This document shows, one piece after another, positions 39,982-48,428 of a stretch of 64,000 bases of DNA (position 1 is its first letter; each line of letters starts with the position of its first letter). The notes beneath the pieces were generated by a model. It did not search any database, was not told the DNA's origin, and saw nothing but the letters and a program-made list of their open reading frames with translations. This DNA is from Thermoanaerobaculia bacterium (GTDB taxonomy: Bacteria > Acidobacteriota > Thermoanaerobaculia > Multivoradales > Multivoraceae): the NCBI GenBank assembly GCA_963664405.1, contig OY761158.1:3328001-3392000 (forward strand), in the 5' to 3' direction. A program made the translations under genes and the position numbers.

Positions 39982-41133
39982 TCAGCCGGAGGCGACCGAG
40001 TCACGGCGCGCCATCTCGTCGAGCGCTCTCTTGTAGACTTTGCGATAGCCCTCGACTGCAGCTTCGCGACCGAAGCGCTCCTGCGCATCGCGGCGACCTG
40101 CGGTGCCAAATCGCCGGCGCAGCTCTTGGTCACGCAACAGGCGGAGAGCGGCCCGAGACATGCCTTCGACATCGCCGACGGGAAGCAGAAAGCCGGTCTC
40201 GCCATCCACTACCACCTCCGGAAGGCCCCCGGCGGAGCTCGCCACCACGGGCACCTCGCAGGCAAGCGCCTCCAGTGCGGCCAGACCGAAGGACTCTGTC
40301 TCCGACGGCAGCAAGAATAGATCGGCTGAGGCGAGGACATCCTCCACCTCCGCGACAGTGCCGACAAACTCGACCCGCTCTCGAACTCCCAGCTCGCGCG
40401 CCGTCCGTTCCGCAATCGCGAGCTCCGGGCCGTCTCCGACGAGAAGCAGGCGGCAAGGTAGCTCCTGGCAGACGCGAAAGAAGATGTGCACGACATCGGT
40501 GACTCTCTTCACCGGCCGGAAGTTCGAAATGTGTACCAGCACGTGTTCGCCGTCTTCGCCCCATCGCCGCCCGCCGCGCCGCGCCACTGCCTCGGGGTAA
40601 CGAGAGGCGTCGACGAAGTTCGGCACCACGTCGATCTGCTTGTCCACCTCGAGCTTGTCGACTGTCGCTTGGCGCAACGACTCAGAGACCGCGGTAACCG
40701 CATCTGAGCGAAGAATGCCGAAGCGAATCGCGTCGATATAGCTCGGATCATGGCCGATCAGGGTGATGTCGGTGCCGTGGAGGGTCGTAACCACCGCCAC
40801 CGGCTGCGGAGCCAGCATCTGTTTGGCGAGGATCGCAGACACCGCGTGGGGTATCGCGTAGTGAGCGTGGAGGATGTCCAGCCCCTGCTGACGAGCAACC
40901 TCGACCATCTTTGTGGCCAGCGCCAACGAGTAGGGCGGGTACTCGAAGAGCGGATACTGCGTCACCGCCACTTCGTGAAAAAACAATCGTTGCCCCGACC
41001 ACGACCAGCGCGGCGGAACCGCATAGCTCATGACGTGAACTTCGTCACCGGTCTCCGCCAGTGCTCGTGCCAGCTCGGTGGCGATCACACCGGATCCACC
41101 CACCGTCGGGTGACAGCAGATGCCAATCTTCAC
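39982..41133 (-). CDS. bshA: N-acetylglucosaminyl L-malate synthase
   Basis: HPTVGGSGVIATEL, YPLFEYPPY, HAHYAIPHA, HISNFRPVKR, ESFGLAALEA. Confidence 0.93.
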   Translation of the reverse strand: MKIGICCHPTVGGSGVIATELARALAETGDEVHVMSYAVPPRWSWSGQRLFFHEVAVTQYPLFEYPPYSLALATKMVEVARQQGLDILHAHYAIPHAVSAILAKQMLAPQPVAVVTTLHGTDITLIGHDPSYIDAIRFGILRSDAVTAVSESLRQATVDKLEVDKQIDVVPNFVDASRYPEAVARRGGRRWGEDGEHVLVHISNFRPVKRVTDVVHIFFRVCQELPCRLLLVGDGPELAIAERTARELGVRERVEFVGTVAEVEDVLASADLFLLPSETESFGLAALEALACEVPVVASSAGGLPEVVVDGETGFLLPVGDVEGMSRAALRLLRDQELRRRFGTAGRRDAQERFGREAAVEGYRKVYKRALDEMARRDSVASG

Positions 41134-41861
41134 CGCAGCGCTCCCGAGACCAGATGCCACGGGCTGGTCACTGACAGGGGTCCGGCGGAGACAAAGGACT
41201 CACCGTAGGTGGCGCCGATAAGCATGCCGGCATGACGGTCGCGGCCCTCCAGGGCAAGAAGAAACTCGGGAGAGGAGATCTTCGTCGCCGGCGCCAACAG
41301 CTCTTCGGCGCCGGGCTGATGAAGCTGACTCTCATAGGCCTGCAAGGCACTGCGCTTTTGCTCCCAGGTCGAGGTGACATCGACGATGAAGGTCGGAGGA
41401 AGCGGGTCGTGCCCCATATAGCTGAACAGCGCGGAAGATCGATGCGGGGACCCGGCCGTATCGGGCAAGCGCTTTCCCAGGCCGGCGTAGAAAAAGGCGT
41501 CGCGCACCAGATCGTGGGCTCGACCATGATCTGGATGACGATCTCGGGGCGGAGGGCCGAGGACCAGCTCGGGACGCCAGCTCCGCAGCACTTCGATCAC
41601 CCAATCCACTTCCTGGCGACCCTGGCGCAGGCCGCCGTCACCACAGTCGAGGAAGGCAAGCTCCGAGACCCCCAGGGCTGCTGCTGCCGCGGTGGCCTCC
41701 TCGCGGCGTCGCTCGGGTGTCCCCCTGGTACCGGCTTCGCCGGCGGTCAAGTGCAGGATACCCACCGAACGACCCTGCGACGCAAGCAGGGCGAGGGTCG
41801 CACCGCAGCCGATCTCGACATCGTCCGGATGGGCGCCGATCGCAAGCACGTCGACGCTCAA
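41130..41861 (-). CDS. bshB1: Bacillithiol biosynthesis deacetylase
   Basis: GAHPDDVE, GEAGTRGT, DRHPDH, AYESQ; between bshC and bshA. Confidence 0.9.
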   Translation of the reverse strand: MSVDVLAIGAHPDDVEIGCGATLALLASQGRSVGILHLTAGEAGTRGTPERRREEATAAAAALGVSELAFLDCGDGGLRQGRQEVDWVIEVLRSWRPELVLGPPPRDRHPDHGRAHDLVRDAFFYAGLGKRLPDTAGSPHRSSALFSYMGHDPLPPTFIVDVTSTWEQKRSALQAYESQLHQPGAEELLAPATKISSPEFLLALEGRDRHAGMLIGATYGESFVSAGPLSVTSPWHLVSGALR

Positions 41862-43468
41862 GCTTCCACCTCCTGGGGGTCGACGATCTGGATCGCGTCT
41901 GAGCTCACATCGAGCTGCTCCCATGCGCGAAGCGCAAACCCAGGTCCATGCCGCAAGGCGAAGTGGGCGGTGCAGAGGACCCTTTCCTGCGGGCGGCCGA
42001 GCGGGAGGCAAGCCGCGCGAATCGACTCGCATCGTTGACGAAGGGTGTCGTCACGACGGACCGCCGCGGCGTAGGCCTTCGCACTCAAAAGATCCAGCGC
42101 TCGCGCCACCTGATCCCGAGTCTTCCGCCAGGGTCGTTCGAGATCGCGGTCGATGCCGAGGCACGGGTCCCGTAGATCTTCGATGCCCGCTAACACCGCG
42201 GCTCGGGCGGTATCCATCGCACCAGCCCCCAGGTCCTCTGCCAGACGACGCTCGAGCTCGGCCTCACTGCCGAGGATCTCGGTCAGCGGTAGGCCCAGCT
42301 TCTGGAGTTGGCGACGGGGTGCGCGCTCGAGAACCAGCATCTGGGGTCGCAAGGCAGTGAACGGTGCCCCGACGTCGAGAATCGGGTACAGCGAAGACGC
42401 CTGGGCCAAATAGGCCAGCTCTCCGGGACCCATCAGCTGCAACGAGCTCCCGAGTACAGCATCCTGAATCGCCGGTCTCGCCAGCACACCGGGAGACACT
42501 GCGCCTGGATCTTCTTCAATCATCGCCAACAGACTCGAAACCTCTCGGGTCTCGTTCTCGCCGCGCAAGCTCCAGCCCTCTTCCCCCTCCCAAACCACCC
42601 GTCGCCGGGCAGACCCCGAAAGAACGAAGAGAGGGCTCGCTCCCTTCTGTTCGGGGACCTGCAGACGATGGCCGCTGTCGTCGACCCTCTTGGCTGCTTC
42701 CGAGAGTGCGGAGGAGACCTCGGCACGCCGCTCCACCAGCCGCCGCAACCAGGGCCGCTCAGCCTTCTTCAACGCCGGCAACATCGAGTCCAGCAGCAGA
42801 GGCGATCGCTCCCCGAGCAGTCCGACCATGAAACGGCTGAAGGCCTCACCGAATGTGGCTTCGGGGCAATAGGCCGACTCGAGCAGCTCCGATCCCGCGC
42901 TCGACACCTCCGTTCCGTACAGAGCCTCGATCTCTTTCAGGACTCGGGCGAGCTGGGGACCCAGAGGGCGCATTCCGACCGGCATCAGCGGATCGAGATC
43001 TTCGCCGAGGTCGAGGACTTTCGCTCCGGAAGCTGCGAAAGTGGCCCGGGCCACCTCGGCGAAGTCATGATCTTCGGTGGCGACCCAGAACACCCCCACC
43101 GCCGCAACGCCCTGGGCCTCGAGCCGCTCCGCCCACCGCGCGACTGCGATCATCTTGGTCAGGGAGTACAGCGGACCGCCGAAGAGCCCGGCCTGCTGAC
43201 CGCTGACGACGATTGCCGTGTTCGGATCGGCGAAGCGCTCAGCAAGCTCTGCCGCGCGGGGATGACCATAGCCCTGGTTCGCCATGGCAAGCTCTGCCGC
43301 GAGGCTGACCCGGGCGCCCGGAGAAGGGTGCGGCTCGAGGACAGAGCCGGGCCGAAGGAAGCGCAGCGGGCGGAGTAGCTCACAGCATCTTCCTTCGAGG
43401 AGGTCGGCTGCGAGGCCCGAAACCAAATGGGAGGCTGGGAGGTGGAGAAGGGGATTCGCAGTTTCCAT
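41858..43468 (-). CDS. bshC: Bacillithiol biosynthesis cysteine-adding enzyme
   Basis: SGQQAGLFGGPLY, FWVATEDHDFAE, SPGVLARP, GPGELAY, PQERV. Confidence 0.92.
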   Translation of the reverse strand: METANPLLHLPASHLVSGLAADLLEGRCCELLRPLRFLRPGSVLEPHPSPGARVSLAAELAMANQGYGHPRAAELAERFADPNTAIVVSGQQAGLFGGPLYSLTKMIAVARWAERLEAQGVAAVGVFWVATEDHDFAEVARATFAASGAKVLDLGEDLDPLMPVGMRPLGPQLARVLKEIEALYGTEVSSAGSELLESAYCPEATFGEAFSRFMVGLLGERSPLLLDSMLPALKKAERPWLRRLVERRAEVSSALSEAAKRVDDSGHRLQVPEQKGASPLFVLSGSARRRVVWEGEEGWSLRGENETREVSSLLAMIEEDPGAVSPGVLARPAIQDAVLGSSLQLMGPGELAYLAQASSLYPILDVGAPFTALRPQMLVLERAPRRQLQKLGLPLTEILGSEAELERRLAEDLGAGAMDTARAAVLAGIEDLRDPCLGIDRDLERPWRKTRDQVARALDLLSAKAYAAAVRRDDTLRQRCESIRAACLPLGRPQERVLCTAHFALRHGPGFALRAWEQLDVSSDAIQIVDPQEVEA

Positions 43469-43564
43469 TAAGGCCATCAGGCTCGTTTTCGTGACTGGAG
43501 AGTGGCTGGATCGAGTGGGCGCCAACGAATCTTACGCCATGGGAGATACGCTATTCTGGACTCG

Positions 43565-44260
43565 GTGGTTTTGGATTGGATCGAGATTCCCGCAATGACC
43601 TTCTGGATGGGAGGCAGCTGCAGGGAGGAAGAGGGCCCTCGGCACAGTGTCAGCCTGGGCCCCTATCGACTCGCCCGCACCCCGATAACCCGCGACCAGT
43701 ACCAGAGATTCCTGGACGCGTGCGACCATGAGGCACCGGACTTCTGGGAAGAAGAGAGATTCGCCCATCCTCGCATGCCCGCGGTCGGCCCATCCTGGGA
43801 CGACGCGATGGCGTTCTGCCGCTGGGTCGCCGAGACCAGCGGTGAGGCCGTAGGCCTGCCGAGCGAGGCGGAGTGGGAGCTGGCCGCAAAGGCGGGGAGA
43901 GAGGTGCTCTACCCCTGGGGCGACCAGGGTCCGGCCGGCGTTCCCGACTACGAGCGCCGCTGGGTCGAAGGACCCGAGCCGGTGGATCTCTATCCTTCTC
44001 GCCATCCATGGGGTTTCGTAGGACTCGGCGAAAACGTACACGAATGGTGCTCCGACTGGTACGCCCCCAACTACTACGAAGTGTCGCCGATTGAGAGCCC
44101 ACTCGGACCGCAAGAGGGCCGCCGCCGCTCCTCGCGTGGCGGATCGTGGCGCCACCAGATCAAAGTTACCCGCTGCGCGGCCCGCTCGTCGATCCCCCCG
44201 CACATGCGCTACGCCGACTACGGCTTCCGGCTGCGCGCCGGAGGGAGCGGGAGAGAGTGA
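43565..44260 (+). CDS. Formylglycine-generating enzyme (FGE-sulfatase) family protein
   Basis: FWMG, PSEAEWELAA, YPWG, NVHEWCSDWY, RGGSW, GFR; start uncertain. Confidence 0.85.
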   Translation: MVLDWIEIPAMTFWMGGSCREEEGPRHSVSLGPYRLARTPITRDQYQRFLDACDHEAPDFWEEERFAHPRMPAVGPSWDDAMAFCRWVAETSGEAVGLPSEAEWELAAKAGREVLYPWGDQGPAGVPDYERRWVEGPEPVDLYPSRHPWGFVGLGENVHEWCSDWYAPNYYEVSPIESPLGPQEGRRRSSRGGSWRHQIKVTRCAARSSIPPHMRYADYGFRLRAGGSGRE

Positions 44261-44307
44261 GAGAGTAAGACTCACTCTCCCACCGCGTCCACTGTAGAAT
44301 CTATCGG

Positions 44308-45291
44308 ATGTTGCGCTTCGGATCGGTCGTCGTCGACCCGCCACTGCTGCTTGCTCCCATGGCAGGCGTTACCGACAGAGATTTCCGCCTGCTGGTACGC
44401 CGCATTCAAGGGGTTGGTGTGGTCTCGATGGAGTTCATCTCTTCGAGGGCGGTAGTCTCGGGCAACCCACACACGCGAGCTCTCATGGACTTCAGCGCCG
44501 AGGAACGCCCCCTCGCAATCCAGATCTACGGCTCCGATGCCGCCACCATGGCAGAGGCGGCACGTGTCGTAGAAGAGCTCGGCGCCGACATCTGCGACAT
44601 CAATATGGGGTGTCCCGCAAATAAGGTGCTCAAGGGGTGCTCTGGCGCCGCTCTGATGGGCGACCCCGCTCTCGCCGAGCAGATCATCGCGGCCGTGCGT
44701 AAGGCAATCTCGATTCCCCTGACGGTCAAGTTTCGGCTCGGTCTCGATGTCGCCTCGCAGAACTACATCGAGTTGGGCAGAATCTGCGAGGCGAACGGAG
44801 TCGCCGCGGTATCGATGCATGCCCGGACCGCGCGCCAGATGTTCAAAGGGGAGGCCGACTGGTCTCAGATCTCGCTCTTGAAGGAAGCTCTCGACATCCC
44901 GGTCATCGGTAACGGGGACGTCCGGGAGCCCGAAGACGCTATCCGCATGATGGCGAGAACCGGTTGCGACGGGGTGATGGTCGGGCGCGGTGCTACTCGC
45001 AACCCGTGGATCTTCCGCCAAACCGCGGCACGTTTGTGTGGAGCAACACTGCCGGAGCCGACGATCGAAGATCGCAGAGACCTCATCCTCGAGCATTTCC
45101 GTATGGTGAGCGCACGCGAGCCTTCGGCGTACGCGTTACACAAGCTGCGCAAATTCACCGGTTGGTACACCTATGGTCTGCCGCACGGGCGACGCCTGCG
45201 CGGCCGCATCAACGAACTTGCAGACGTACCCTCTTTTCTGGCAGCGGTGGAAGATTTCTTCGCCGAGATCTTGCTAGAGGAAGCCGCCTGA
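44308..45291 (+). CDS. dusB: tRNA dihydrouridine synthase
   Basis: LAPMAGVTD, DINMGCP, HART, IGNGDV, MVGRG. Confidence 0.92.
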   Translation: MLRFGSVVVDPPLLLAPMAGVTDRDFRLLVRRIQGVGVVSMEFISSRAVVSGNPHTRALMDFSAEERPLAIQIYGSDAATMAEAARVVEELGADICDINMGCPANKVLKGCSGAALMGDPALAEQIIAAVRKAISIPLTVKFRLGLDVASQNYIELGRICEANGVAAVSMHARTARQMFKGEADWSQISLLKEALDIPVIGNGDVREPEDAIRMMARTGCDGVMVGRGATRNPWIFRQTAARLCGATLPEPTIEDRRDLILEHFRMVSAREPSAYALHKLRKFTGWYTYGLPHGRRLRGRINELADVPSFLAAVEDFFAEILLEEAA

Positions 45292-45333
45292 AGTCGACTT
45301 TTCGGTGCTCGACGAGGCATCGACACCGTAGCC

Positions 45334-45801
45334 ATGGAAACACAGCATCGGGTCGAGATCGAGGCCGATGTGCCGTTGGCCCTCGAGGCCGTAGCGGACG
45401 CTGCCGAGATGTGGGGCGGCGACTGGGAGCGGCAGGGAGAAGGAGGCCGGCTGACCATCCCCGTTTCTGCCGGCGTTCGCCACGGTCACGTGTCGGGCCA
45501 GATATCGACTCGCCCTCAGGGCCGCGTTTCAGAAGTCGTTCTCCACGTGGAGAGCGTCCATTACCAACTCCATTGGCCATCCCTGGCGGTCCTGCTCTTC
45601 GGAGCAGTCGGTGGGCTCCTCATCGTTGTCGCGCCTTTCTTCCCGCCACTCTTCCCTCTCGTCCCTGTCGGGGTCATTCTCAGTCTCGCCGCTTGGTTCC
45701 TCGTTGTCGCGCGACTGAAAAGCAGAGGGAGCCCCGAGTTCCTCGCTTTCGTGGGAGAGCTGGTTGCGGCGGAGCAAGGGCCGTCGTCCGGCAACGAGTG
45801 A
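45334..45801 (+). CDS. Hypothetical membrane protein
   Basis: Soluble N-domain plus two C-terminal TM helices. Confidence 0.65.
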   Translation: METQHRVEIEADVPLALEAVADAAEMWGGDWERQGEGGRLTIPVSAGVRHGHVSGQISTRPQGRVSEVVLHVESVHYQLHWPSLAVLLFGAVGGLLIVVAPFFPPLFPLVPVGVILSLAAWFLVVARLKSRGSPEFLAFVGELVAAEQGPSSGNE

Positions 45802-45905
45802 GCGCCGGTTTCTGCTATCGGCTGGCTCTGCCGACTGGTACACTAGAGGCCCGCGGGCGCAAGCCCGGCGGCTACGGGCACCGGCCCGAAGGTTCTTTCA
45901 TAATT

Positions 45906-46259
45906 GGGGGCGATCGGTTTAGACGGGGAACTTGGCGCGCTGAAGGTTGCGTGTCGCCTGCTCGTACGACAAACGGGCATTTTTATACCTGCCAATAACG
46001 ACTTGGCTTTGGCGGCCTAGGCTGTCAACGATTCGATAGAGCTGTCTTGATTCGCGGCTTCTAACGGATTGTCATAAATGCGGATCCCCACGGCGGAGGG
46101 AGGTCTCGCTCCTCCGCCTGGGTACTTAGCGAGTACTGGCCTATGGGACGGGGTGCTTTCTCCCAAAGCCTATAGGTAAGACCTCAATCGAAAGCTACGC
46201 ACGTAGACGCCTCGGGGCGTGTTTTCCGGACGTGGGTTCGATTCCCACCGCCTCCACCA
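45906..46259 (+). ncRNA. ssrA: tmRNA
   Basis: 5' GGGGGCG pairs with 3' CGCCTCC-ACCA; T-arm GTGGGTTCGATTCCCAC; tag ANNDLALAA* at 45991-46020. Confidence 0.95.
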
Positions 46260-46450
46260 ATTTTCCTCGCGGAGCGAGGACAATTGGAGGAGCCGCTGGT
46301 CAGTCGGCGGCTCGCTCGCGTGCAAGCACGCGAACTCGGCGAACGATTCCCACTCTTCCCCCTAACTATCCACCGATTCGCGAGTGAAACCGGAGGAGCC
46401 GCTGGTCAGGCGGCGACTCGCGCCCCTCGAAGAGCAGCTCGGCGACGCCG
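46240..46450 (+). repeat. Degenerate ~105-bp tandem repeat starting in the tmRNA 3' end
   Basis: GATTCCCAC at 46240 and 46345; GGAGGAGCCGCTGGTCAG at 46286 and 46392. Confidence 0.65.
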
Positions 46451-46572
46451 GGGAGCATGAGATAGTTGTCACGTGGCAGTCGATACAGGTCGTCGCTGGC
46501 CAAATGAGGCGATAAATCCCGCCGACAGCGCGCAGTCGCTGTGGGCGCACTGGGCGGCGGCGGAGAGCTCTG

Positions 46573-46971
46573 ATGCCTGATCACAGTTATTTCGCCAACT
46601 TGATCTGGCAAATCGCTGACCTGCTGCGCGGTCCCTATCGCCCTGCGCAGTACGAGCGCGTCATGCTGCCGATGACGGTGCTCCGCCGCTTCGACTGCGT
46701 GCTCGCGCCGACCAAGGAGAAGGTGCTAGCGAGTTACGAAAAGCGCAAGGACGGCAAGGTCAAGGGCGACGCTCTCGACGGGATCCTCAACGCTGCCGCC
46801 GGCCAGCGCTTCCATAACCACTCGCAGCTCGACTTCGAGAAGCTGAAAGGCGATCCAGACAACATTGCCCAGCACCTGATGGACTACATCGGCGGCTTCT
46901 CGGGCAACGTGCGGCGCATCTTCGACTACTTCGAGTTCACGGCCGGTTCGTCCGTCCGCCCGGCCTGTTGA
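46573..46971 (+). pseudogene. hsdM: Type I restriction-modification HsdM N-terminal fragment
   Basis: LIWQIADLLRGPYRPAQYERVMLPMTVLRRFDC; ends after YIGGFSGNVRRIFDYFEF, no MTase motifs. Confidence 0.85.
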
Positions 46972-47115
46972 GGCCATCGTCGGCGCGACTCCGATCCTGT
47001 GCATCGGACACCGGTCTTTTGAGAAATCCGACCGCGGATCCATTTTTCGCAGGCTCGGGGCACCCTACTCATCTAAGACGGTTCGCCCACGACTCAGCAA
47101 GAAGGGACCCCGCGA

Positions 47116-47901
47116 ATGGCACCAAAAATCAAGGCATCGTTCCCCGTTATGGTCGGTCCCGGCGTTAAGCCACTGAGCAGCGACGATCGGCGGGCCCTGG
47201 CGGCCTTCCTGGCAGCTCCCGGGCAGCCGGTCAACGTCACGACGTACCACGGCCTTCAGGGCTTCCTGTTTGCGGTCGCCTGCTCACCCGAGCTGATCCT
47301 GCCCTCCACATGGTTGAGCGTCTTGATGGAGGACGACGAGGCCCGATATTCGAGCGCCGAGAAAGCGAGGCAAGCGCTGGACTGGATCGTGGCCCTCTAC
47401 AACGAGACGACGGTCGCCGTCGCCGATCTTGCAACCGCCCCCCCTCTTCCCGCCGACTGTCGCTTTCGCGACGACGTGTTGGCGAACTTGGACCACGACG
47501 CGCCCATTTCCCAGTGGTCGATGGCGTTCGCCGAGACGCATACTTCGCTCGAGGACTCATGGAAGAAGCTATTGCCGGCGGAGCTCGAACAGGACTTCCG
47601 CAGCGCTTTTGTGACACTTGCCTTCTTCGCCTCGCGAAGCGTTGCCGAGAAGGTGGTGGACAACCTCGCGCAACTCGAAACGACGACAGATCCACCTTCG
47701 CTGACGGACCTCGCCACCCAGATGATGGAGAATTTTCCCACGGCGGCTACGAACTACGCGAACATCGGCCGGTCGATAGAGCAGCTGCAGCACTCGTGGT
47801 CGGCCGCCTCCGCCATCAAAACGGGCCGCAATAAGCCCTGCCCTTGCGGCAGCGGGAGGAAGTACAAGAAGTGTTGTCGGAGGCTACATACGCTTGCGTA
47901 A
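47116..47901 (+). CDS. YecA/UPF0149-family protein with SEC-C motif
   Basis: LQGFLFAVACSPELILPSTWL; GRNKPCPCGSGRKYKKCC. Confidence 0.88.
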   Translation: MAPKIKASFPVMVGPGVKPLSSDDRRALAAFLAAPGQPVNVTTYHGLQGFLFAVACSPELILPSTWLSVLMEDDEARYSSAEKARQALDWIVALYNETTVAVADLATAPPLPADCRFRDDVLANLDHDAPISQWSMAFAETHTSLEDSWKKLLPAELEQDFRSAFVTLAFFASRSVAEKVVDNLAQLETTTDPPSLTDLATQMMENFPTAATNYANIGRSIEQLQHSWSAASAIKTGRNKPCPCGSGRKYKKCCRRLHTLA

Positions 47902-47918
47902 TGCACCATAATGAATGC

Positions 47919-48155
47919 GTGCCTGTTCGAATCACTATCAGGGGCGTTCCCGATCTTGTTCGAGACGAGCTGGCCGCCCGCGCGGCGCTACAGCGAAAGT
48001 CGATGCAACAGTATCTTCGTCAAGAGCTCGAACGGATTGCCTCAGGACCGCAGATCGAGACCAGGCTCGACGAGACCAGGCGACGGAAGAAGTCTTTCGG
48101 AACCAGACTCTCAGCCGAAGATATACTCGAGCACAGAGACCTGGATCGCCGGTGA
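47919..48155 (+). CDS. FitA-like ribbon-helix-helix antitoxin
   Basis: ITIRGVPDLVRDELAARAALQRKSMQQYL; GTGA overlap with a PIN start. Confidence 0.75.
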   Translation: MPVRITIRGVPDLVRDELAARAALQRKSMQQYLRQELERIASGPQIETRLDETRRRKKSFGTRLSAEDILEHRDLDRR

Positions 48156-48244
48156 GCGTTGTCGTCGACGCTTCGGTCCTAGTGGCCGCGGTCGTGTGTC
48201 GTCCCGTCAGGCGACGCCACAAGCCGCCCTGGCTCGATCGGTGA
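48152..48244 (+). pseudogene. VapC PIN toxin N-terminal remnant
   Basis: MSVVVDASVLVAA, then homology lost. Confidence 0.7.
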
Positions 48245-48359
48245 TCTCTCGCGCGACGGCGCGGGCCTTGGCTGCGCCGGCGCAGAGGACGTCCTCGACA
48301 AAATCGCGGTGCAGCGTGCCGGAGGGCTGGATGCCTGACAGGTATCGGCGGCGACTCAT
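48207..48359 (-). pseudogene. trpS: Tryptophanyl-tRNA synthetase remnant (N- and C-termini fused, 50 aa)
   Basis: MSRRRYLSGIQPSGTLH joined in frame to RDFVEDVLCAGAAKARAVAREITDRARAACGVA*; GGAG RBS. Confidence 0.75.
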
Positions 48360-48428
48360 CTGCGCTTCTCCCGAGAGGGGACAGTATTGGTATAGCGCGG
48401 CCTCAGGTCAAGGATCCATCCGGCCGGA

